Source: Diplonema japonicum
Lineage: Eukaryota > Protista > Euglenozoa: Diplonemea
Reading direction: 5' to 3'
Length of the DNA stretch: 64,000 nucleotides
NCBI GenBank assembly: GCA_964019335.1
Contig: OZ025733.1
Location: 62,001 to 126,000, forward strand
Within the stretch, counting starts at the first letter, position 1; each line of letters opens with the position of its first letter. The notes beneath the pieces were generated by a model. That model did not search any database, was not told the DNA's origin, and saw nothing but the letters and a program-made list of their open reading frames with translations. Shown piece after piece: positions 11,876 to 21,674 of the stretch. Position numbers and translations under genes: made by a program.

Positions 11876-11947
11876 ACCGCCGTAGGTCAGTGGTCAGGAC
11901 CCTCGGCCAGGGTTTTAGGGGTCGAGGGTTCAAGTCCCGAGGGACCG
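11876..11947 (+). pseudogene. tRNA-like sequence (degenerate tRNA or SINE head) with Pol III A/B boxes
   Basis: TAGGTCAGTGG (A box), D-arm GGTC/GACC, GGTTCAAGTCC (B box) at tRNA spacing, followed by T7. The acceptor stem and a canonical anticodon stem do not pair. Confidence 0.45.
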
Positions 11948-13613
11948 TTTTTTTGACCCCGATTTTATCATATCATATAAAGTTCGGGGTCCGGGATGTG
12001 ATCTGGCGTCTCCAAGAGACGAGTGCGACGAAATAACCACTGAGCTACCACTGAGAATACGGCATGTTGCGCTTTTACAAACGTCACTCGACATATAAGT
12101 TAACTGGTTCGCAAAATATGAGACGTAACCCAACCTGCCCAAAACACAGCCAGGTATCTGAGGCAAAAGAGGCATAAACACACTTTGCCAGGTTTCCGAG
12201 CCGAAAATTACACTGGCCATGCATACAGGCGTTCTTTTACACGATACCTTGTTGATGAAGGAACCTGCTATTTTGGCTGGAAGTCAGACCTGATCAAGCC
12301 CCTGCACATTTCTGAAGTGCGATGATCAAGTGCCGACACAAATTACACAAAACGTCCTTCTCAGGCAATCAGGCTTAGTTTTGACATCAATGTGAACATT
12401 TCGCAGAAGTGAACATAAAGGGTTCACAATGTCCGAAATTTCCTCATGTAACTTTACAAAAATTAAGTAAAATATCATACTAAATAAAAATCAGCCAGGT
12501 TTTTACTACGAAATTTTTTTCCTCGTAAAAATCAGGTAATCTGATTTTTATTTAGTAAATAGTTATATCTTCTCCCCCCGTCCCTTCTTTTCTTTCACTT
12601 CACCCCTCTCTTCTTTCTTGCTGCGGTCAAGAAAGGAGGGGGGAGAAAAACAAAACAATTGTAAATGTCCATTACAAAAAAAATAATATTAAGGCAAAAA
12701 GATTTTTTACTTTTATCGCCATTTTCTCTTTTCCTGTACACGTTCTTCTTTTCGGGAAATAGAAAACAAATAAAAGGCTTTTAATGCAACACGAGTTATG
12801 TTAGCAAGTACTGTCTACTTGATTACAGGGGGGTGCTCCTTGGCCGTGGCGCCACGGGTTAGCAATTAATTATACACTGCGCCTCGCCTATCTAATAATT
12901 ATCCCACTCATCCCTCCCCACTGTTCATTTTTTTTTTTTTTTTCTATGTACTTCCTCCTCCTTGGCTGAAGGAAGAATCAAATTAAATTTATGAACTCCT
13001 AGGCAACCAGTTCCACTTAGGGAGAAATTGATACATTTTTCTGTCCCTGACCCGAACTAGTCAGTTCAAAAAAAAAAAAAAATACAAAATCGCAGGGAAA
13101 AAAGAATAATAATAATAATATAACGCAAGTACTTTTCTTGCAGATGTCGAGGAACCATAGCTGCACTGAACAGCTGTGGCTTGGCTTGGAACGGGTTCAG
13201 TCTTTTTTTTTTTTTTTTTTTTTTTTTCCCTTTGAAAGTGACCCCAGTTTGACCCTGCCTCAACAGAATGATAAACCGAACATGTTTACACAATTCTTTT
13301 TTCCTCCCCCCCCCCTGTTCACATACACTCTTCGTTGGAGTGGCGTTATGTGATTCTCTTTTTCTTTTCCTCTTTTTTTCTTTTTTTTTTTCCTTCAAAA
13401 GAGGAACGTTTGGCAACGTGTTACTGGTTCATGAACTTGGTCATACAAACAACGAGCTGTTCCTCTTTTTTTTTTTTTTAAAGCGCGGGCCGTTGCTAAC
13501 CACTTCGTTCCTATCATAGTGAATTTTTTTTCTTCTTTTTTTTTTTTTATTTTCCACACGAACCTTTTATTTTTCTTCTTTTTTTTTTCTTTGTTACAAA
13601 TACTAATCTTCAA

Positions 13614-13693
13614 AAGATTTTCTAAACTACATGCAACTTGTTGCCAAAAGCAAAAATCTTTCGAAACAACAAAAAAACATATAGTCATAAAGA
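13614..13693 (+). repeat. Dispersed repeat family (copies ~13614-13693, 29879-29972, 44064-44187)
   Basis: Shared GATTTT.TAACT...TGCAA(C)TTGT(T)GCC..AGCAAAAA ... AACAACAAA..ACATATAGTCATAAAGA. Confidence 0.75.
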
Positions 13694-14290
13694 CTTATTT
13701 TTTAAATTTGTTCACGCACCCCCCCCCCCCCCCCCCCAACTAATTACATCATCAATCTCATGAATGCTCCTTTGGTGCAAGTGACATAGATTTTTTGATG
13801 ATTTTTTTTTTTTAGAGGGAATTTATAAAAAAAAAAAAAAATACTGGCAAATCTCTTAGGTTGTCCGGGAGAAGAAATGTTCTAGGGGGGGAAAAAAAAG
13901 TCCTGGAAAGTTTTTGTGCCCCCATATAGTTCTTTTAAAGCGAATCGCCCCAAGAAATACACTCACCAACAGAGGCCAAATAAAATTCGTCTTTTTCCCT
14001 GGAAAAAAAATTAAGAGATTTGCAGTATGTATGGTTCACACCCCGGGTGTGGCTGTTTTATTTTCTCTTCCCCCCCCCCTTTTTTTCTTCGAGGTTTCGG
14101 GGCGACACTTTACAAGGGTGTTTGGTTGTCCCTTTAAAAAAAAAAAAAAAAAAAACCACATCAGCATCCCTCCCTGTCCCCCACCCCCAGTGATTTTTGT
14201 GTTCTTCACTTGTTATTATATTCACTCCTAATATCTGAAGCTTCTGGAGGGAAAAAAAAAAAAAAAAACAAACACAGAAGGAGAGGGAAC

Positions 14291-14863
14291 ATGGAACGTG
14301 CAAGGGAAGCGTGGCAGAGAGAAGACACAAAACGTAAGTATTTAGAGTTCCATTTCTCGGGGGGGCCCACCCGGCTAGTGCCCAACCCGCACCTCGGGCT
14401 TTTGAAGCTGAAGGTAAATAATATCATGCCCCTGAGGGACGGGAAGGGCGTGTCTTTGCCCGAGTTCGTGGCCAGGCAGGACAAAAAATGGAGGGAGAAG
14501 TTCAGGATAAAAGCCTACGAGCCCAGCACGGAGAGCGCTTCGTCCATCCCGTGCCCTGTTGTGGCGGTAGCAATGAAGAAGGCAGCACCGCAGGTAGTAA
14601 GCGATGCAGGTACCAGCACTGCCTCTAGCAGTACTTTGTCGTACGAGCCAGTTAAACGACTGCAGATCCCTTCACGTTGTGCGGCACGCAGCAGCTCAGC
14701 CTCTACTAAATCTATGGGAAGCCAGCTCCGCGAGCTCCAAGAGAGCCTTGCCTCCGTCCGCAGTGAGCGAGAACAGGTCTCTGCCGACCTGAACGCCACG
14801 AAACAGAACATCACCCTCATCAACCAGGTACTCCTCAAGGCGAAAAAGTCTCGCAGGCTGTGA
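14291..14863 (+). CDS. Hypothetical protein; possibly the 5' exon of the downstream coiled-coil gene
   Basis: Clean ORF from ATG 14291 ending in a coiled-coil. A CAG|GTACT donor at 14828 could join in frame to CAG|GTT at 14997 (unverified). Confidence 0.55.
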   Translation: MERAREAWQREDTKRKYLEFHFSGGPTRLVPNPHLGLLKLKVNNIMPLRDGKGVSLPEFVARQDKKWREKFRIKAYEPSTESASSIPCPVVAVAMKKAAPQVVSDAGTSTASSSTLSYEPVKRLQIPSRCAARSSSASTKSMGSQLRELQESLASVRSEREQVSADLNATKQNITLINQVLLKAKKSRRL

Positions 14864-14999
14864 AAAAGTTGAACCCCCCCCCCCCCCCCTTAGCCGGACT
14901 TGCTTCCGCAAGCTGCCCAACCAGTTTATTCAGTTTTCTTTTTTCTGTTTTTTTTTTAGCGCTTTCGTGTGTGAAGACGGCCCTTACACCTGGCAGGTT

Positions 15000-17450
15000 A
15001 TGAAGTCCTCTTCTTTCGACATGTCGCAGATAGGCAGCGACGCCGACTCCGCGTCGCACATGCAGGTGCAGAAGTACAGGAATGAGCTGGAGGCGGAGCG
15101 GTCGTTGTCGGACGAGCGGCTGCACGACATCAGGAAGCTCCAAAGGCAGTTGAACGAGATACGGAACCAGGGGCACGGCATGCAGGGCATGGACCAGCAG
15201 AAGGAGCAGGACCTCAGACGCATCATTCTTGACGAGAGACGCAGGGCCGACAGCGAGCACCTCATAGCCAACGAGCGCCTGGAGGACATACGGCAGCTGC
15301 AGGCACAGCTGAGCATGGTACGGGGATCGCAACATGGGTCCCATGACATGACGGTGGCGCTCAAGCAATCCGACGCACAGGTGCAAGCGCTGGCACAGAG
15401 GGAGAGCACCTTGAAACAGGAACTGCAAAGGGAAAGAGCTGCGCGTGAACGGGCAGAGCTTGCAGGAAGGAACAAGGAGCACGATGCGATCAACGGGAAG
15501 AAGGAACTGGACATCCTGAAGGACCAGTACGTGATGGAGCTCAACCGCCACCAAATGGAACTAGAGGCGTGGGAGAGGGAGAGGGCCGAGTGCAGGGAGA
15601 GGGAGGAGGAGCTGACATGCAAACTGCGCGCAAAACAAGAAATGCAAAAGACGGAATTCGGGGTGACGATCGACCAAGGCAAGGAGCGTGAGGACAGACT
15701 GCGCAGGGCAGCAGACAAGGAGTGGGGTGTTGCCGAGGACCGCCTCAACGAGATCCGCGAGCTCCAGCGACAAGTGACTACAATGCACGCACAGCTCACG
15801 GCGGCCCACAAACAGTTCTCCGACGAGAAGGTGACACTGCAGAAGTCGTACCGCAAGGAGATCGAGACCATCAAAAACCAGTTCGCAGGCCACCGCGAAG
15901 CCATCTGCAAGCAGCTCGAAGAAGAGCGAAGCCTCTCCAGCGAGCGACTCACTACCATCAGGTCCCTCGAGAGACAAGTAAAAGACCTAAACGAGCAGCT
16001 GGCATCTGCACCAGAGGGCGACGACCAGAGGTTCAGAGAAATGCAGAAGCAGACGGAGGCCTCTCTGGCGATCTACAGGAGCGACATGGAAGATCTGCGA
16101 AGGGTGTACAAGGCAGAGATAAAGGAATGTGAGAAGAAGCTTGCTGCGGAGAAACATGTTGGCGAGGAGAGGCTGATGGAAGTGTCCTCCGCGCAGAGAG
16201 CTGCCGCTGAGGAGCGCTCTGCACACCGCCAGGAGCTGGAAGCCGCACAAGCAGAGACGGAAAACCATAGGGCACAGTTTAAAAAGAGCGAGGAACAGCT
16301 GAAGGCAAGGCTCTTGGAGAAGGAAGAGGCTTTAAGGAGGCAGGTTGAGATCGAACGTGAGACGGCAGACGGGCGCTTGAAGGAGCTGCACGCCCTGCGC
16401 AGCCAGTATGCACACTGCAGTGTAAACACAACACAACAACAGGTTCCAAGACCTCAACGACGAGCACACGAGAGAGCTCGCAAAACAGCACAAGACTCGC
16501 GAGCAAATGGTATGCACAAGGGAAACAGCAAGCAAACACACAAACAGGCGATCGAAACGAGGAACCGTGAAGAAGAGGCGCGCAAGAGGGTCGACGACCT
16601 CATGGCCTCACGCGAGAAGTCTTTGATGGAACGGGAAAGAGCGCTGCTGGTGGAGAGGGAAGAGGCCATGAACACAGCACTGCGACAGGCCGCAAGCAAA
16701 GAGGACACGATCAGGAAGGACTTCGACGAGAGGGCAAAACTACTCGCAAAGAAGCACATGGAAGAGCTGGAGTACAGAGCGGGTGAGGAGCAGAGGAGAG
16801 TGGCCGATCTGGAACGTACACACAAGGCACAACTGGCAACCGCCAAGATGAAGGGGCAGAGAGAAGAAGAGTCGGCCGCAGCTGCCGCTGAACAGCTGAC
16901 TCGTGCACAACGGGAGAACGAGTCGCTGCGACACTCGCTGGCGACACAGAAGATTGAAATGGCGAAAGTGGAAGAGGACAACGGAAGGAGCATCGACATG
17001 TTGCAGCGGGAGTTCCAAGAGCAGCTGGAGACAAAGCGCAAGGAACTAACCGGCCTTCAGCAGAGCTACGAAACAGCACAGGCACACAGCGCAGCGGTCA
17101 ACGCTGCACAACTCGAAGCAGAGTCACAACTGGCTTCCTTGGAAAGCGAGCTTGCACGACATGTAAGCACCATAACTGTGCAGAAGGAGGAGATCACCTT
17201 GCAAGCAGCTGAGATCGTGAGGCGCACCACGGACGGTGCAAACCTGCAGTCGGAGAACGAAGCCATGAAATACAAGACAAAGATCCTTGCGGAGACGGCA
17301 GACGGTATGAAACCGGAGATGGCGAAGCTGGCTGCCGACAACTGCAAGTTGAAGCTTGAAAACACCAAACTACAAGAGCGGGAGTCAAGGCTCCGCCAAT
17401 GGGCCGAACGGGCCAGCGGCACACACATGAACTCCCTCCGTCTTAACTGA
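15000..17450 (+). CDS. Large coiled-coil protein with internal repeats (E-R-x-x-[AS]-x-[ED]-R-L-x-x-I-R-x-L-Q); two hidden introns 16406-16442 and 16510-16547
   Basis: E/Q/R/K-rich heptads. Removing two GTATGCACA...ACAG introns replaces an aberrant stretch with QFQDLNDEHTRELAKQHKTREQM. Confidence 0.8.
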   Translation: MKSSSFDMSQIGSDADSASHMQVQKYRNELEAERSLSDERLHDIRKLQRQLNEIRNQGHGMQGMDQQKEQDLRRIILDERRRADSEHLIANERLEDIRQLQAQLSMVRGSQHGSHDMTVALKQSDAQVQALAQRESTLKQELQRERAARERAELAGRNKEHDAINGKKELDILKDQYVMELNRHQMELEAWERERAECREREEELTCKLRAKQEMQKTEFGVTIDQGKEREDRLRRAADKEWGVAEDRLNEIRELQRQVTTMHAQLTAAHKQFSDEKVTLQKSYRKEIETIKNQFAGHREAICKQLEEERSLSSERLTTIRSLERQVKDLNEQLASAPEGDDQRFREMQKQTEASLAIYRSDMEDLRRVYKAEIKECEKKLAAEKHVGEERLMEVSSAQRAAAEERSAHRQELEAAQAETENHRAQFKKSEEQLKARLLEKEEALRRQVEIERETADGRLKELHALRSQYAHCSVNTTQQQVPRPQRRAHERARKTAQDSRANGMHKGNSKQTHKQAIETRNREEEARKRVDDLMASREKSLMERERALLVEREEAMNTALRQAASKEDTIRKDFDERAKLLAKKHMEELEYRAGEEQRRVADLERTHKAQLATAKMKGQREEESAAAAAEQLTRAQRENESLRHSLATQKIEMAKVEEDNGRSIDMLQREFQEQLETKRKELTGLQQSYETAQAHSAAVNAAQLEAESQLASLESELARHVSTITVQKEEITLQAAEIVRRTTDGANLQSENEAMKYKTKILAETADGMKPEMAKLAADNCKLKLENTKLQERESRLRQWAERASGTHMNSLRLN

Positions 17451-17667
17451 CAACTGTCCCCCCCCCCCCCCCCCCCCCCTACACACCCCATTTTCTTTTC
17501 CCTTTTTGTTTTGTAACATGTTGTACATCTTCTATAGACTGTTCTTTTTTTCTTCTTCTCATTTCTTTTGTACTGTACCTTATATTCTTTGAGAAAAAAA
17601 AGTGGAAACAAAACAAAACAAAAAAAAAAAAACCGCAACACAACACCCTTTTCCCCAGGAATTGCAC

Positions 17668-18898
17668 ATGAATCAGATAAAGAATAGGTCGCCTGATGGG
17701 AGGTACGTAAGGGGTGAATTTATAGCCAAAGGGGCGTTCAAGAAGGTGTACCAGGCGCTGGATGAAGAGGAAGGTTTGGAAGTGGCGTGGAACGAGGCGT
17801 CCCTCGATGCCGTCCTCGACAAGGAGGTGTCCGTGCTCCAGAAGATGCGGCACCCAAACGTGGTATCGATCCTAGAGACGTGGGACGACAAGGAGAGGAA
17901 GGTGAGGGTGTTCTTAACGGAGCTCCTGGCGAGCGGGTCGTTACGATCCTACGTAAAACGAATCTCACAAAGAAAACTAACAGGCAAAGTGATCGCAAGT
18001 TGGGGACGCCAGATATTAGAAGGCCTTGTGTATCTACACACAAACAACATTATTCACCGCGACCTGAAATGCGACAATATCTTCATAAACGGAAACAAAG
18101 GCGAAGTAAAAATTGGCGATTTCGGACTGTCTTGTGTTGTCTCAATGGCGGCAGGCTCGGTTATCGGAACACCAGAATTTATGGCGCCCGAGATTTACGA
18201 TGAACATTACACAGATAAAGTAGATGTATATTCGTTTGGAATGTGCCTGTTAGAGATGGCTACTGGGACTTACCCCTACGCCGAATGCGAAAACTGCGGG
18301 CAGGTCTTCAAAAGGGTGACGAGGGGGTCCCCTCCGAACAGCTTCAGGGAGCTTCCTGAAGGCGACTTGAAAACTATCATCAAGAAATGTTTAAAGCCTT
18401 GCGCAGATCGCCCGACCGCTCAAGAGCTTATAAACCTCCCGTTTTTCCACGTCCCGGAAAGCGAGGACGATGAAACAAACACAGCACGTGTCAATGCGAA
18501 CACCAACGCCAAGCAGATCACGAACAAGCCCCCTGTTGAGATCGTCAGGAGGAGCGACAGCGCGGAACTTAAAGGTGACACTGCGAGCGATCGACAGCAG
18601 TGCATTTTGGAAAAGTCCGAGGCGCAAAATGCTGCCTTTGCAAAGGCTTTGAGCGCGTACAATACCCTTGTGGAGTCCGAGGAGGCGGTCGGTGCAAATT
18701 ATCCAGTTGAGCCAGACCCTCTGGACAAAATAGATTTCGGCAGCCAGCCCGTTGAAAAAGCGGAAAGCACAAATTACAGTCAAAAAGTATGAATAAAGGG
18801 GGGGGGAAAAAAAGAAATCCTTACAGTTGTCCACCTTGCATGCTAACCATGTTAAAATTCTTCAGAAAATGCATGACATAATAGCAAAAAATGAATAA
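17668..18898 (+). CDS. WNK: WNK-family Ser/Thr kinase; exons 17668-18786, 18827-18898
   Basis: SPDGRY...GAFKKVY...EVAWNE (WNK lysine placement), HRDLKCDNIFINGNKGEVKIGDFGL, SVIGTPEFMAPE. Intron GTATGA...TTACAG at 18787-18826. Confidence 0.9.
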
Positions 18899-19011
18899 CA
18901 CGGGGAGGCGGGGGGGGGGATAATTAGGGGTTTTTTTTTTGGATTTTCCCCGATTTTGTGCCCTTGTTGCAAAGATCGAAAAACATGCTAAAGTCTTGAA
19001 GATTTTTATTT

Positions 19012-19044
<33 letters not shown>

Positions 19045-20214
19045 TGATCTGAGAATCCTCCCAGAAATCAATTCTTTTTTCAAACCCCAGCGTTGTTCGG
19101 ATGCCTCTTGCGCAGATTTTCGAAATATTCCCATTCCCGTTTTTTTTTTCTTTTTTTTTTTTTTTTTTTTTCCATTATTTCTGAAAACCGACTCAAGACT
19201 TTGGTTTGGAAAAACCACACCACCCATTCATCTGCTTCTGTAGAAGCGTTTGTCGGCCTATGGGTTTAAAAAAAAAAATACTGTAAAATACAGTAAATAA
19301 AAAAAAGAGAGGGAAGGCGGGGGGTTTTTTTTTTTTTGGTCCATAATATTTCTTTTTTTTTGTTTTCCCTTTTCTCACCCTCCCCCCTTCCTGTTTCCTC
19401 GCTTTTTGACCTGTTTTTTTTTTCTCTTTGACTATTTCTAGCGGGTTTCTTTGTTTTTTTTTTCTCCATACATCCCTTGCAACCAATATGGAAGGAAAGG
19501 GTTGTTATCACGAGGGGGAAAAAAAAAGCCGATTTGTATGCGATCCCCCCCCAAAAAAAATGTCTTTTGCTTTTTTTTTTGTCAGGTGATAAAAAAAAAA
19601 AAAAGAGAGAGAGAAAGAAGGAACCCTGAAAGGCAAGAGGAAGGGAAGGGTAACACACCATATCTAGCTTCATTTTGATCCCCCCCCCCCCCACACCCCC
19701 TTTCTAACTTGTTCTTCATCCGTCTCACAGGGAATGTCTAATACTCAGGTTTCATAAGGGGGCAGGGGGGGGGGGGGGGGGGCGGGGGGTTGATGAAAGA
19801 TACCAAGAGGTAGAAAAGGAGAGAAGGGGGGGGGGGGGAGGACAAGGGAGGGCTGCTCCGTCCTATTCCTGTGTTACTGTTTGGTCCTCTGTTCAGTTAT
19901 GGTTATACTTTTCTTGTTCGTACTTAGTAGATCCTGTTTTTGCAAGGGGGGTGGGGAGAGAACTTGAGAGGGGGCAGGGGGGTGGTTTCATTCTATAGGT
20001 GTAGATCTTAAAAAAGAAAAAGATGGGGGGGTATGGGATTATTGGATTTGGGAAGTTTTACTACTCCTCCCATCCCCTCCTGGGTGGGTAGAGAACTTGG
20101 GGGGGGGGGGGGGGGTGCAGATGTGGCGATGAGTCGGGGCTTATTGTGACGAACATAGATTTTTTTTTAAAGAATTTTTTTCTCGAATAATAATATAAAA
20201 AAAAAAAAAATAGC

Positions 20215-20344
20215 TATTTACTGCAACAAGTAATGACTTTACCGTTACCTCGAGGTTCCGCATTTTACCGTCGAGGGCCCGCAGGGCCCGAGATGGTAAA
20301 ATGCGGAACCTCGAGGTCGGTAAAGCATTACTTGGCGGTAGGTA
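20215..20344. repeat. Long near-perfect hairpin (~60-bp arms, GCA loop)
   Basis: CAAGTAATG.CTTTACCG..ACCTCGAGGTTCCGCATTTTACC...GGGCCC-GCA-GGGCCC...GGTAAAATGCGGAACCTCGAGGTCGGTAAAGCATTACTTG. Confidence 0.9.
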
Positions 20345-20349
20345 AGTGG

Positions 20350-20993
20350 TTTTATTTCACGACACTCTGAAATTACTTCACCACAAGGGGCACAACAGGG
20401 TGACAAGGGGTACAACAAGAGAGGGGTTACAAAGGTTACAATACAAGTTGTTTTTCCTCCTTTTGTTGACTAAGAGCTGCCGCTGTCGCTGGCATTGCCA
20501 CTGTCACCATCTCTAATCAGGCCTTCCCATACCTAGCGCGGCCGCTGGCTCCTTTTTTTTCTGCTGCTTCGGTATTTTGAAGTCTTTTGGGGTGCTTGGG
20601 TAAGCTGACTAAGTTACCCTTACCCACAGAAGAGTTACCCACAGAAACTGGGAACAAGGCCTAGCCAAAAGTGGGCAAATTGGGAGGAAAAAGTAGTCCA
20701 ACTTGGAACTGAGCCGAGGCAAAAGTTGGCCAATTGAGCTGAACCTGGGGGGAAATAGCAAACTGAGAGGAAAAAGTAGCCCCACTGGGAACCGAACCGA
20801 GGCAAAAATTGGCCTACCGAGGCATATTATTTAACGGAAACCCCCTATTACTTCACGGAAAACAGGCCATTATTTCACCGTGAAGTAATGAGATTTAGCG
20901 TGAAGTAATGAGATTTAGCGTGAAGTAATGAGATTTAGCGTGAAGTAATGGGCCCCCCAGTGCGTGAAGTAATTTCTGAAGAGTGAAATAAAA
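20350..20993. mobile_element. MITE-like element with TTTTATTTCAC...GAAATTACTTCAC ends and an internal 20-bp tandem repeat
   Basis: Left TTTTATTTCACGACACTCTGAAATTACTTCAC, right GTGAAGTAATTTCTGAAGAGTGAAATAAAA. (TGAAGTAATGAGATTTAGCG)x3.5 at 20881-20950. Partial second copy at ~35051-35285. Confidence 0.7.
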
Positions 20994-21011
20994 AAAAAAA
21001 AAAAAAAAAAA

Positions 21012-21064
<53 letters not shown>

Positions 21065-21549
21065 AAGAAGAAGGATAATGTCATGTTCATCTTTAACCCA
21101 TCCTCTGAACGAATGGAAAAGACAAAACAGGGTTGGTGAAGGATCTATCGCAAAGCATCTTGCCAAAGGGCTGTTGAGAAACATTGCAAAAAATAAAAGG
21201 GGGGGGGGAAGGGTGATGAAAAAGGATAGTATGTTCCTTTTTTTTTTTCTTTCTTTTTTTCTTTTACAATGTTTTTTTTTTTTCTTTTTTTCCTCACGCT
21301 TCTCTCGAAAAAAAAAAAAAAATAAATAAATAAATAAGAAACCGAAAGAAACCCCTCCCCTGCTCCGCGTGTGAGAATTACCATACCTATTTGCAAATAT
21401 TATTAGGTATAAAAAAAAAACCAAATGAGTCCCTACCCCCTACGTTACTCTACTAAGAAGCTAGGCTTAGTAGGTGCTGTTGAAGGGTGCCTCTCATCCT
21501 GAATAGGACAGCACTAAGGAGTTGAAAGATAAGTCCGAAATTGAGTGCT

Positions 21550-21585
<36 letters not shown>

Positions 21586-21674
21586 GAGGAAAAAAAAAAC
21601 CCCCCAAAGTGAGGGGGGGTGAAAGAGAATGGGGAAGAAGAAAAAAAAAAAAATACATTTTTTTTTTTTTTTAA

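Larger units (their letters stand above)
11512..12472. mobile_element. Non-autonomous element with ~37-bp terminal inverted repeats
   Basis: TTTTACTTAATTTTGTAAAGTTACATGAAGAAATTTC (11512-11548) versus GAAATTTCCTCATGTAACTTTACAAAAATTAAGTAAAA (12435-12472): one mismatch and one indel. Confidence 0.7.

Noticed and set aside
11908-11921. AGGGTTTTAGGG telomere-like motif
   Set aside because: Fewer than two full units; no array.
11930-12220. Minus-strand 96-aa ORF inside the TIR element
   Set aside because: No recognisable transposase or other motif; upstream frames contain stops.
19757-20116. G-run cluster as a G-quadruplex element
   Set aside because: G and C runs are common throughout this window, so it is not distinguishable from background.
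20881-20950. 20-bp repeats resembling a CRISPR array
   Set aside because: Head-to-tail with no spacers, no cas genes, and eukaryotic context.
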